Assembly: GCF_963676685.1 (NCBI RefSeq)
Contig: NC_092349.1
Coordinates: forward strand, 79,236,001-79,300,000
Direction: 5' to 3'
Source of the DNA: Mytilus edulis
Taxonomy: Eukaryota
DNA: 64,000 nucleotides
Shown here: one piece after another, positions 12,566 to 24,516 of the stretch
Numbering within the stretch: the stretch's first letter is position 1
Layout: every line of letters starts with the position of its first letter
Position numbers and translations under genes: made by a program
The notes under the pieces: generated by a model
What the model was told of the DNA's origin: nothing
Database searches by the model: none
What the model saw: the letters and a program-made list of their open reading frames with translations, nothing else

Positions 12566-13544
12566 AGGCATGTCGTCGGATTTTTTTTTTATGTATTTCT
12601 TTAAATTAAAATTGTAAATGTCCCTTCAAGATCATAAACTTTGCATTGAGTCTTAAAGTAAGACGAAACTGGAGACGGATGACAAGGGACCGGTATTTTA
12701 ACAAGTTTATTACTGACTGTATAGGAACTCAACAAACAATGTTTATTTACGAATTTTAAAATAGATAAAGATAATTGTTGAAATAAACCTTTTTGCAAGG
12801 ACTCGGACACCATGAATTTTTTTTATCAATATGTTTTTAACAGCAGGTTACATACAGACTTTTGTTTTGCTTTCAGAAAGAGCTAGTGTGCTACAAAATG
12901 GTATATATATATATAATTATTGTTATGTTTTTACGTATCGTGGTTTTTTTTATCATTTGCTTCCTATTATTATATAGCTATGACGATACTTTATTATGAT
13001 ACAGTAAATGTTTGTTTTTCGCTGATCTGAAGGGAACTGGAACAGGCTGATAAATAATTTGTACTCGTTGACAACTGGACCTTGTGGCCTGAACTGGAAC
13101 AGGCTCATACAGATTTGACATGCTGAAATGAAACGTGTGGCATTATATGAAATATCATAGATATTACATTGTAAAATTAATTGACCCAACAACCGGGAAG
13201 GAAATAGTTTATTTGTCTTGTGATATAATTGGAAAGTCGTATGCGTATCTTTTCCTGTCATTTGACGAATGGTGTTATTATATAAACATATAAGACACAT
13301 ACGGTTTTCCGCCACCCCCTCCCACTAATTCAATTTTCACATTCGTTCATACATTTCATCTGAATTTGTCTACGGCTGGAAAATTTACAGTCTTTAATAA
13401 TAGACAGATATTACTTACTTGTTATTACATTTCTTTCTCTAAAAAATGTGCGTAACTTTATACATTGTCGCTGATTTGGACATAGATATAAATCGTACTT
13501 TGTTAAAAAAACAGTTTTTCCTTTCAAAATTCCTTGAAATCGCA

Positions 13545-14290
13545 TTATCAAGCAAGATGCTTAATTTCTTGATTGACAACATATTTGTGTAAGTTCGGAG
13601 GATGTGTTTTTCAACAAACAATCATCATTCCCATGAGAACCAGTTATGTTCCTCTTCTTACCGACTTGTTCCTACCTTCATACTAGACTGATTTCAAACA
13701 GAAACCTCTGAGGAGGAATGAACAGAAGATACGTTATCCTTTTAATTCACGTCCGTTTATATATACATGCTGTCCTATCACTTAACAATATATTGATTGG
13801 TGTCTATGTTGAGCACATCTATCATTTTAAAGTGAAATGAAGGATACACCAGATACAGGTAAGGCTGCCCCATATCTTGACTTTTATCTCGACCAATTAA
13901 GTCAGTTGAGAACAAAACTTTACTACAAAATAAAAGATTTCAGCTTCCCAATCGTGAACGTTTTATTTTTATGAACAATTAACATCAGGGGTGTTGATAA
14001 TAAAAACCTTTGAACCAAGAGTTCCACCATCATGACCATGTGAAGTTGAAATTATTCATCAAAAATCATAATGACGTCATCATGAATGGTTTGACCGTTC
14101 CAATTCTAATCATGTCTTCCTTTCTCGAATGTGAGATACCGAATTAGACTGATCACCACGGGTTTGTACTTACAAAAGCAACATGACGGGGTGGGGGGAT
14201 TAAATATGGAGAATGGTCTGCTTACTTTCGGAAAACTAGAGGTCACCCTCGATTTTTATTGGGTTCGCGTTGCTCATTCTTTCATTTATT
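13545..14290 (+). pseudogene. Decayed Penelope-like element reverse transcriptase and 3' region
   Basis: Frame-shifted translation gives MLNFLIDNIFV-FGGCVFQQTIIIPMRTSYVPLLTDLFL.SY*TDF ... VLSLNN ... KDTPDTGKAAPYLDFYL ... LRTKLYYK..DFSFPIVN. This matches the PLE RT core I recall (FQQxxGIPMGTNCAPLLADLFLYSYE...YIDDVLSLNN...YLDL...KLYDKRDDF.FPIVNFP). Confidence 0.85.
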
Positions 14291-15418
14291 TAAGTTGAGC
14301 TTTATTTACCCACGTGATTGTGGTATATATAGAGAAATATGGTCATAATTGCTTTTCCTGTGATTGGCAGTAAAACCCTAGGAAAAGTTAGGCGTCAGAT
14401 TGGCTGTTTTGGATGTACAAGTTCGCAGTCTCATTCAGAATTTAGAACGTGTTAATTTATGGCATGTTGCAAGGCAAACATTATGTAACTATCCAATAAA
14501 TCCGTGTTTTCCTGTGGCAGTCTTAATTTCCCGGACCTTCATCTTGGACGGTCTCTATTACAGGATCTTCCTATAGTATTTATTATTCACTTCTTCTCGT
14601 GTTAAACATACAGGATCAAAAAGACGATAAATAACCAACAATAAATCAATCGATCTGTATGTTCTGTTACGTATCTGTTTGTCATTATTTGCATTTCACA
14701 ACACCTAGATACATGTACATCCCCTGATTTTAATGGGGTTCTTTATTCTAAATGTATAGTTTTTGGTGTCAATTTTTCCCAATTACGAAAGCAAATTTAC
14801 AGATCTAACATTGTTGGGTAAACATCAACCCAACAATGTTAGATCTGTAAATTTGCTTTCGCTAAGTTTTTGTTCATCCCTCGCCGGGATTCGAACCCAT
14901 GCTACTGAGGTATCGTGACACCAAATCGCCTGCACTGTAGCCGTCCCGCTAGACCACACGACCACCTGGGCTTCACACTGACTAAGACGTACTTATATAT
15001 ATATATAATATACAATTCATGAATTCAGACGTACTTATGAATATAATTATTTTCTGTGACTGTATATTACATTAATTTGTAGGATCCTTTACTATAGATA
15101 ATTTAGCTGATCTGTAACAATAACATCTTCATGCCTTATATATCATGTACTGTAGTACGCCGCTAGATTAAAACTGACGTGGAAAGGTAACACATGCCCA
15201 CCGAAAGCTCTTTTTTTGAGAGCCCAGGTGGTCGTGTGGTCTAGCGGGACGGCTGCAGTGCAGGCGATTTGGTGTCACGATATCACAGTAGCATGGGTTC
15301 GAATCCCGGCGAGGGAAGAACCAAAAATTTGCGAAAGCAAATTTACAGATCTAACATTGTTGGGTTGATGTTGAGACGAGTTGTATATATATATATATAT
15401 ATATATATATACTAGATT

Positions 15419-15463
15419 AAAACTGACGAGGAAAGGTAACACACGGCCAGCGAAAGCTCTTTT
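15419..15463 (+). ncRNA. Minimal type I hammerhead ribozyme motif (array copy 2)
   Basis: aaaa-CTGACGA-g gaaa ggt..gcc ag c-GAAA-gc-TC-tttt: conserved core and palindromic AGCT helix III that would need dimerisation. Predicted cleavage after 15459. Confidence 0.6.
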
Positions 15464-15470
15464 TTTGAGA

Positions 15471-15565
15471 GCCCAGGTGGTCGTGTTGTCTAGCGGGACG
15501 GCTGCAGTTCAGGCGATTTGGTGTCACGATATCACAGTAGCATGGGTTCGAATCCCGGCGAGGGA
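15471..15565 (+). other. tRNA-derived (Leu/Ser-like, long variable arm) Pol III head, not a functional tRNA
   Basis: A-box TGGTCGTGT(G/T)G and B-box GGTTCGAATCC, T-arm GGG/CCC, variable-arm hairpin ggtgtc-ac-gatatc. Acceptor and anticodon arms are defective. Other copies at 15222-15316(+), 15921-16015(+) and 14877-14971(-). Confidence 0.8.
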
Positions 15566-15869
15566 AGAACCAAAAATTTGCGAAAGCAAATTTACAGATC
15601 TAACATTGTTGGGTTGATGTTTAGACGAGTTGTATATACATTATGTACACAGCCATGTATCACCATCATTGATGGCGATCCGATGGATACATCTGTTGTA
15701 GAGTTGTCACTGACTCAGACGTATATATACGTACTTATAAATATAATTATTTTCTGTGACTGTATATTACATTAATTTGTAAGATCCTTTACTATGGATA
15801 ATTTAGCTGATCTGTAACAATAACATCTTCATGCCTTATATATCATGTACTGTAGTACGCCGCTAGATT

Positions 15870-15914
15870 AAAACTGACGAGGAAAGGTAACACACGACCA
15901 GCGAAAGCTCTTTT
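15870..15914 (+). ncRNA. Minimal type I hammerhead ribozyme motif (array copy 3)
   Basis: aaaaCTGACGAggaaaggtaacacacgaccagcGAAAgcTCtttt, with ggt/acc pairing in stem II. Predicted cleavage after 15910. Copy 1 (15170-15214) has the core mutated to CTGACGT. Confidence 0.6.
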
Positions 15915-16134
15915 TTGAGAGCCCAGGTGGTCGTGTGGTCTAGCGGGACGGCTGCAGTGCAGGCGATTTGGTGTCATGATATCACAGTAGCATGGGTTCG
16001 AATCCCGGCGAGGGAAGAACCAAAAATTTGCGAAAGCAAATTTACAGATTTAACATTGTTGGGTTGATGCTTAGACGAGTTGTATATATATATTTACATA
16101 AGGAAGCTATCATTTGATTTTTATGGGTTTATAT

Positions 16135-16177
16135 TGGGGGGGGGGGGGGGGGGCTGGGGGGGGGGGGCGAGGGGGGA
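16135..16177 (+). repeat. Poly-G tract (G-quadruplex-prone)
   Basis: Interrupted G runs of 18, 12 and 6 nt. Confidence 0.8.
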
Positions 16178-16981
16178 TGTTGATACATTTTGTCCCCGTT
16201 TTTTGTTTAGTTGAATTCTCTGTCCTCCATTTTTTAAATTTATTTTCGGTCCTGCCTATTTAAATGATCTTTTTAGAACTTATTTTACATAAATTGGCAT
16301 CCTGTCCTGCCTTTTTCAAATTTTAAAATGAAATGGTAGCTCCCTAAAAGATGTGTTAGGAGTGCCAATACGACAATAGAGCTATAATAAACATGTGAAA
16401 ACCCTCTGTTAGGCGAACAACCCGTATTATACTTTTAAGATATAAGGGCATGCATGTATAAATTATTGATTCAACAACCCAACAACCAAAATAACCAACA
16501 AAGACCCAAATAAAGTCTACACCAATAAAAATCAACTTCATCAAGGTCGTTATTTATTTATTACGTAAATATGTGTAATAATATCAAATGTGTCATACAC
16601 ACAAGATGGTTGTAGTCATCTTGCCAAACTCATGAGTTCTTAGCTACATTTTTTCCTACTATATAATTACTTGTGCATCCTGTTTGATGCACAGTACATA
16701 AAGTAAAGACCGAGAAGATATTCAACGATGAACGGATGAATTTGATATATCAAGTATGAATTCAAATCTTTATCTGTTGATGTTTTTCCTCTCATTATGT
16801 GAAAAACACGTAAACACAATTCTGATAGGAGATAATCTTTGCGGCAAAAAGTACCGGTAAGTTTTAATGAATTCATTAATGTCTGTATTTTCTTATTTGT
16901 TGTTGAAGTTCTAATAAGAAGGTAATAAATTCGACATTTCAACTTAGGCACCTAAAGCTGAAGTAAACACGTCAGCTTTAA

Positions 16982-19500
16982 CTGGGCACTAGCTATCAAA
17001 ATCAGGTTAAGCGATTTGACTCAAATTCTCATATTAGATTTTAACCATGTAAAACATTTATCCAAAAAAAAAGTTTGATATAAACAATTTACAGAGCATA
17101 TGAACGGATAATACGTAGCTTTGTTTCGTGTGTATTTTAGTCTTGAAGCCTTCTAATTGACTATCGAGTTGAAATCCGAAGACCTCCGATTGGTCATATA
17201 CGCGATATAAACATAACTAATAGTGTTGTCAACGGTTAACCGTTCGAACGACCGAATACCGAATACCAAAAACGCTAACCGGTTAACTGGACTTTTTTTC
17301 AATTTTAAAAGATTTGATATAAATTTGTATTGACATTATTAAATAGTTGTGTTTTCTTTAAAAATTGTCGTCGGGGTAATTAATTTGACGGATCAATTGT
17401 CCAGTATATTGATTGGTATTGTTAATCCAAAAATATAAAATTGATTAGAACTTGTCTCTCAGCTCGGGGCAAGATCTTAAGGAAACATAATTAGTTTCAA
17501 ATTTTTTTAACAGTAATTTTTAATCAGCAATACGATTAAATTTTACGATTTACTTCATTATTTCATTTTTGATCTTATATTATGTAGACCTACATCTGAA
17601 TGTGCAATTTCCGTCGTGCAAGTGTTTGTCATACTTTAAACTAAATGCTAACTCAAAAACTATAAAAAGCAAACCAACGGGAATGTAATCAATGTATACT
17701 TGATGTTACACCCCAGTTCTATTGTTATACTACATAGTTTCTATTTTTGAAACACGTGTAAATTGAATAGATCTATTGTTACGAATAACAATGGATTTTT
17801 ACAATTGTCTGTAACAAGCGGGGTTTCTGGAAACCCCTGCTTCTACATCCCGCAAACAAAGGCCATTGTTATTCATAACAATAGAAATTGATTATTCTTT
17901 AAATAGCATGAGCATAAGAAATTACTAATATTGTTCACTACAAATTATTTCAAGATATTAAAAAAAAAAAAAAAAAACATTTTCGGAAATTCCAATACCG
18001 CAAAAAAAGAATTAAGCATCTATTTTCAATACAAAAAAATCCTTTAATTACTCCTTTACTGAAAGTAATATTTTTTTTATCCTAGTCATATGTTTCTATT
18101 TAGAAAAAAGGGGGATTCTAACTCTCGGAGGAGAGGGGCTTTTTTTCTATCAATTCGTAAGATAAAAAAAAAATTAGTTATGATTACCTTTATAAAACTG
18201 GTACAGGTAAGTAATTTGGGTTATAATATTGCCTTTATCTTTAGTCTCTTCTACCAAATCCAACCCTTGCCAAAAAATATCGTCCGTCTCATACCCTTCC
18301 ATATTGACAACTGTTTACAAGGAGCATGACGTTTTTTTTTGTTTGTAATGTGAATACACGATACAGTCAACCTTGACCTGCTGATCCATATTAACCCAAG
18401 AATTTAATTGGAATATGCAAAACAACCTTGACATTGGAAAAAATATACTCACTTGTAAAAGTTTGAACGAAGATAACCAAAAAGGTTACTATTGAGGTTT
18501 CATGTAATAAAGCAAAAATCTTATAAATCATGGTTTGATATTGTCAATAAAATATATGCTATCGGTTTTTTTTTTATTTAATAATCAATGTTAACAAAAT
18601 AGAGCTTAGAATGGAGTGTAACTTAGTTATACACCTCGGGATACGGCCCAGCCTCCAGCTGACGGGGTTTCTTATCAAGACACACCTTTCCCTCGGTGTA
18701 TAACTAATACGTACGAATATCAGAATTAATCAATTTTAGTTGATACACCTCACATTATTTTTGGAGACAACAAGACAAAATGGATGAATCATCGATTTCA
18801 TACATATTCAATTCTACGAGCTCAAGATTTTTTTTTCATTTTTCAATTTGAAGTTAGTACAAACGCCATAGTTAAAACCGTGTATTTGATTATCAACAGT
18901 CAAACTCACCCAAGAATCTTCACAAACAAGCCTTATAAAACCAAAGGCCAAACTTTAAAAAAAAAAAACAAACGTAAATGTATGACTTGCATGGAATGTA
19001 GTCACATTGACACTTATACCACATCGTCTTATATCTATGTGTAGTGTCTAACTATTGATAAGGCCTTCAAACATTAACTTTAAGTACCGGTTAACCGGTT
19101 AGTCGGTCGAACGATTATACGAGTAACCGGTTAGACAAAAGTGTACGATTTGACAACACTAATAACTATGGATATAAATAGAAACGGATCGCGTGCAATT
19201 GGATTTTTTTAGGACTGTTTAGTTTCATATTACAGATTAAAAATATAAATGTTAATCGTCGCTTTTACCTGTATTAGAATATGTTTTTGTTAATGGTCGA
19301 ATCAGTAAATCAAATGGTTTACATTTGTTTCACTTTCAATGTTGACATTCGTTTTCTTAAAATAACCACACACGCATGAAGTTATCGATATCTAATTAAG
19401 GGGTTAAATTGAACATCACATGAATACGATGTCAATGAGGTAGAATTATTCACTTGCAGATAAACAATTCACCATCAATGTTTCTTAGCTCAATTTGACA
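16982..19500 (+). mobile_element. Kolobok-like TTAA MITE, copy 1, 3'-truncated and split by a hAT-like insertion
   Basis: 16982-17212 plus 19170-19500 align with the intact copies at 20299-20999 and 49205-49888. Confidence 0.75.
17221..19161. mobile_element. hAT-like non-autonomous DNA transposon
   Basis: 12-bp TIR tagtgttgtcaa/ttgacaacacta, 8-bp TSD ataactaa/ataactat, and subterminal ggttaaccg/aaccggtt repeats at both ends. Small hairpin elements nested at 17772-17885 and 18623-18707. Confidence 0.8.
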
Positions 19501-20298
19501 ATGGGTTTTTTCTTAGTCAGAACTTTTGTTCGCATCAAGCGCGAACAAATTCATTCAGTTTACGACGCAATTAATCAGATTATTTTTTTCAAAATTAAAC
19601 TCTTTAAGGTATGGGGGAATTTACACTCAGAATATTATTTTTTGACACCTGCTTGACCAGAATATATTTTTCATCAAATTGGGGATCAGAATATTTTTTT
19701 TCAGAAAAAAAACCTCCTGGAAGTTAAATGGTTAACATACAGCAACAAATTGTATAAAAAAGAAATGTTTCCAAAAAATATTTACACAAAAGAGGAGTAC
19801 ACTTTTGTATAAAAGTTATTCCAAATTGTTTTGAAAAAATCCGCACGTATTTTTTGAAACAAGGAAGATGGAGATGTCTATCTAAACGATAGAGATGTCT
19901 ACAAAAACGAAATTTTAGGTAAATGTATAAAATATCGACCCATTTTTTTCCCTCTATTTTAGCACATTATTTAAAGGGATTATTTTATTACATAATATTT
20001 GTTATGACCTGATCACAAATAACTTGTATACAAATATTCGAAGAAAAAAATCATCTCGGGATTGAAGTTGTATCGTATGCTTTTAACTTACAATAAGGTG
20101 CATCTTACAGTGTACATTTTTATAGTTTTATTTATTTACACTTATCTTTCTATTCTATGGAAATTTGATTTTTAGGATTCTTGTAGCCTTATAAATTTAA
20201 AGCGTTCGCGATAAAATGGCTGTGATAACATTTCCAAAACATCTTATGGACAGTTTTATGTGTATTCTTCAGACTGAAAGCCTTTTACTACTGTTTAA

Positions 20299-20999
20299 AG
20301 GGGCACTAGCTGTCAAATTCCTGTTCACCGATTTGACTCAAATTCTCATATTTTATTCATAACAATGTAAAACATTTTTCCAAGCTATAAAAAGTATAAA
20401 ATAAACAATTTACAGGACATGGTCTCAATAAGATGTAGCTACGTTTCGAGTGAATTTTAGCCAAGACGCCATCTAATTAACTATCGAGTTGACCTTCTAT
20501 GACCATATAAGCGATGTAAACATAAACATAGATATGAATTATAAGTTTAATTATAGATTAAGCAACTCGTGCAATTGTATTTTTATAGGTACGTTGAATT
20601 TTGTATTGTAGATTAAACATTTATGTTTATCGTCGTTTTTACCTTTATAAGAATGATTTTGTGTGGATCGAATCAGTAAATCAAACTATTTACCTTGTTT
20701 TACTTTCAGTGTTGACATTCTTTTCATTTAAATACACGTACACGGACAATGCATGCGTTATTCTATCTCTTTCTACGGGGTTAAATTGGAGTTCACATGA
20801 ATACGGATTTAATGAGGTCCAGTTATTCACTTGCAAGTGAATAAGTCATTATCAATGTTTATAAGCCTAATTTGACAAAATTGAACCATTTTAGCTGATA
20901 AAAGCAAATTAGTATTTCACTATTTCACTTCCATTAATGATTGAACCAAAAAAATCATACATTTTGATTTTTTTTATATATCTCGTAGTTAGTGCCCCT
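20299..20999. mobile_element. Kolobok-like MITE (TIR aggggcactagct, TTAA target)
   Basis: ttaa|aggggcactagc ... gttagtgcccct|tcaa. Homologous over its length to 49205-49888. Confidence 0.85.
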
Positions 21000-22966
21000 T
21001 CAAACAGAACATTTTAATCCGTATAATCAGGTTTATAAAATTCACATGTTTAGCAGGCTGGAAGAAAATATATCATATAGTCTGAAACGTAATACATCAC
21101 TTAGAATTTAAAGGTCTTTACTGTTACTTTTGAAAAATGCACCGGAACACAGTCGCATAATATGAAGATTCAGATGTTGACTCAGTCAAGAATAAAACAT
21201 ACGATCCCCTCCGATAGAGGAGAGAACATTGTCAAGAGAAATTGATGATGCTCAAATGAAATCAGTATTTTAAAAATAACCCATTTAAACTACGTTTAAA
21301 AAAAAATGCGACTTAGAGTTATATTGCGGATGATGATAAAGTATCAATAAAAACAGATATTGAGGCTAGTGTCAATGAGACATTAACCCAACGTTGCAAA
21401 TACCAAATAACATCTAGATATCAAAATGCATACGCAATATATTGATTGACTTTCAGAAATGTGAAATGATTTTAAAAATTATCTACAAATGCATTCAGCA
21501 ATCTATACATGCTATACCTATGCTTCTATTTTTGCTAGCTTTTTACTGACAAATGGAATTAGTTCTATATAGGACAGGTAAGAGGTTAATGTAAATCAGT
21601 CTAAAAGCGAATAAACAAAGACCGGTTGTACAACTGTATTGAGAAATTATGTTTTATAAATAAGTCTTGATATCCTTTCTCATTGTTTCCTGTTCATTAT
21701 AATGACAAACTTTGTTTTTCATTCTATTGTGTGGAGAGCATAATTTGTGCTTCAATCAGAAATGAAAGAGAAATAGTTATATAATAATTCGCGCTAATCA
21801 GATAGTTTGATACATTTTTTTTTCAAAATAAGATAAGAAAGATCGTTTATGATTTTCTTACTTGCAAGTGAATAATTCGACCTCGTTTTATCCGTATTAA
21901 TGTTACCTGCAATTAATCCCATTATGTAGATATTGGTTTATGCGGGTATAAGTCGTGTTCAGTCATTAAAAGAAATTAGCACATACTTACAACTTTTCGT
22001 CCAATTAAATTGCTTGATTTTGCCTTCTAATTTTCATAGTACATACCTTTTCCGTGTACTAAGTAACTACGCATGAATGACCACAAGGGTAAGATTTCAT
22101 TGTATCGTAATCAAGAAATCAAAAAATTGCTACTGGCTGTTTTGAAATAAATTCTGTGTTCCAAATTTAACTAAATAATTTGTAATTAGTTTTCAAATTT
22201 TAGATTTTTAACATCCTACTAATCAATCTTTTGATCTAAATTTTTGTTTTGACAATCAAAAGTTTCTTTCATTAAAATACAGAGTAACAATTATGATTCT
22301 TTATACATTGATTAAAGTACAACTCCATCTAAAATTTGTAATCCTTTATCTTCCATGCAATTACTTTGTACAAAAAAAGAGTCAACCATGAATCTTTTGA
22401 AGGGAAACTATCAATAAAGCAATTTGATATATTTCGTCATATATTGGTCGATTATTGGTTGCCTAATGTCCAGTGACAAATATGTCATGCATGTAAACTA
22501 TCTACTAGACTTCCTATGGGTACATACCAGGAGCAGATCCAGCCATTTTTAAAAGGTGTTTCAACCAAAGATATGGGAGGGGGATCCAACTGTTTGTATT
22601 CATTCAAAAGCATTTTCAATATAGTTTTAGTTTTTATGTGAAATTGAAAAATGTTTTCCAGAATGTAAAGCTTCCACTGCAATTTAAGTATTGTCTGCTT
22701 TTGGTCAATTTATTTTGTCATCTTACCATGTAAATAAGTACACGTACATGTATAGTAAAACACCGCTTTATATCAATAAACATACTTACACCAGCAGCTA
22801 CCATCTTTTCATTCTAAAGTCAACGGCCTTTTGAAATCCCGTTTTTACAATGATATTAGTGAGTAGATTTACAAAAACTACGTAAATGAGCTACATCTAG
22901 TCAACCAAAACATGTCGATAGACTAATTACAGGATTACTCAAGTTGTAAATATGTGCTAAATTGGA

Positions 22967-23045
22967 TAGTGTATAGAAAGGTATATACTATGAAACTATG
23001 AGCCCCTCGCTCTAAGTTTCATAGTATATACATTTCTATACACTA
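22967..23045. repeat. Near-perfect palindromic mini-element (31-bp arms)
   Basis: tagtgtatagaaaggtatatactatgaaact ... agtttcatagtatatacatttctatacacta. Confidence 0.85.
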
Positions 23046-24516
23046 ACCGGCACAACTGTCAACTTTAAAAGAGAAACAAAGGTGAACAATTTAGTGAACT
23101 GATATAGATTCGATCCACAAAAAATCAGTCTTGTATAAAAAAAAAAAGATGATAACCAGTACTTTTTTTTTTATACCTGTGTCATGAACTCAGACAGACC
23201 TAGAAAACTCCAATTGCTCGAGATCGCTATATTTTAATAGCTATGTTTATGTTTTATACACTTGTAAATTTGGAAATTGTTCCGAGGTTTTTATCATTGC
23301 GAATAATGCGACAGAGTTGTAAACGCAATAATTTAAACTCGCATTTCGAAATATTTTATATGAATCAAACATATTTTTTTCTAAAAATCGTCAAAATTAA
23401 AATCGCATTTAAGTCTAAAAGAAAATAAATCGCAATTATAAATTATTTATTATCTGCCAAATGCATTATTGATTGTTTAATATAGATCTCTTGTAATTTG
23501 GTTATACATTTTAGTAAGTTATAAAGCAAATTTTAGAATTTGAGTCAAATTGTTTAACAAGAATTCCACAGCTTATGCCATTTTAAGGATGGCCCCCTTT
23601 TATTTAAGAATTTTTGACAAATATTGAGAATCCTCTGGTTGTATCCATGTAATACAATTAACAGTTTTGCTCGCTTATCCCAACCTTTCTTTTTATACAT
23701 GTAACTTTATAACATACACAGTGAAGTCTGAAAAATCTTTGTTATCGTTTCATAGTTTTTGAAAGAGAGGAGGTGCCAATGTTCAAATTGAAAAATGTAG
23801 AGAGCATCATTTCAAGCAAATATCTTAAACGGCTTATATTTTGAAAACAAACGCAGATCCGTCACTGTTTCTGCTTTTTAGTTCCTTTATTTATACAGTA
23901 TCAATTCATAAAAGTTTTTATTAAGCTTGTTGTTATGAAACCGATTAGCGAACATCTTTGAATGTGCTTATCACCGTTAACTAAATTTTATAAAGCATAT
24001 TGTGACAACCGGTGTCTGGGGTCGTCTTATAGTTTTCAAATTTCAGACGGTCGAGATCAGGACCTTTGGACATATTAAATGAGTTGATCCTTGATTCGGT
24101 GTCAAAACCTTAAAGTTTTCGCACTTTGTCTTAAGTAATTACCAAATGCCAATATGAAACTTTATTGATTGTGTTAAACACTGTAAACAGATATGAGATT
24201 TCATATTTTGATTACACAAGATACATATATTTGGTAAAAAAAAAATTGTTCACATTTTGATTTGAAATAGATTAATAGTTTTGTAAAATGTTTCATTCAC
24301 AGGAAAAACAAGTTTTTATCGCCGTTTAAACTTATTAAAACAATACACATAAGTAAAACAATGACAACCCATCCGAATACATCCGGACTTGTTGTTTTGG
24401 AAAAATCAATTATCTTTGAAACGGAAATAAGTCCTTTTCATTAAGATTTAATATCTAGATACGGAAATCATTTCTTCATTGATTCTAATACTGACAAGAA
24501 TTGTAGTGAATTCGTT

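Larger units (their letters stand above)
14786..16092 (+). mobile_element. Tandem array of a 451-bp unit: minimal hammerhead + T-run + tRNA-derived head + hairpins, with an inverted partial copy at its 5' end
   Basis: Unit anchor ctagattaaaactgacg at 15163, 15412 and 15863, giving one short 249-bp unit broken at (TA)n and one full 451-bp unit. Inverted copy at 14820-14971. Confidence 0.85.

Noticed and set aside
15222-15316. Functional tRNA genes in the array
   Set aside because: The A and B boxes are good, but the acceptor stem and anticodon arm do not form a cloverleaf, so these are treated as SINE-type heads.
21436-21577. Non-coding first exon of receptor A (CAG|gtaaga donor at 21578)
   Set aside because: Plausible, since the ATG exon has an acceptor at ~24458, but only a splice-like motif supports it.
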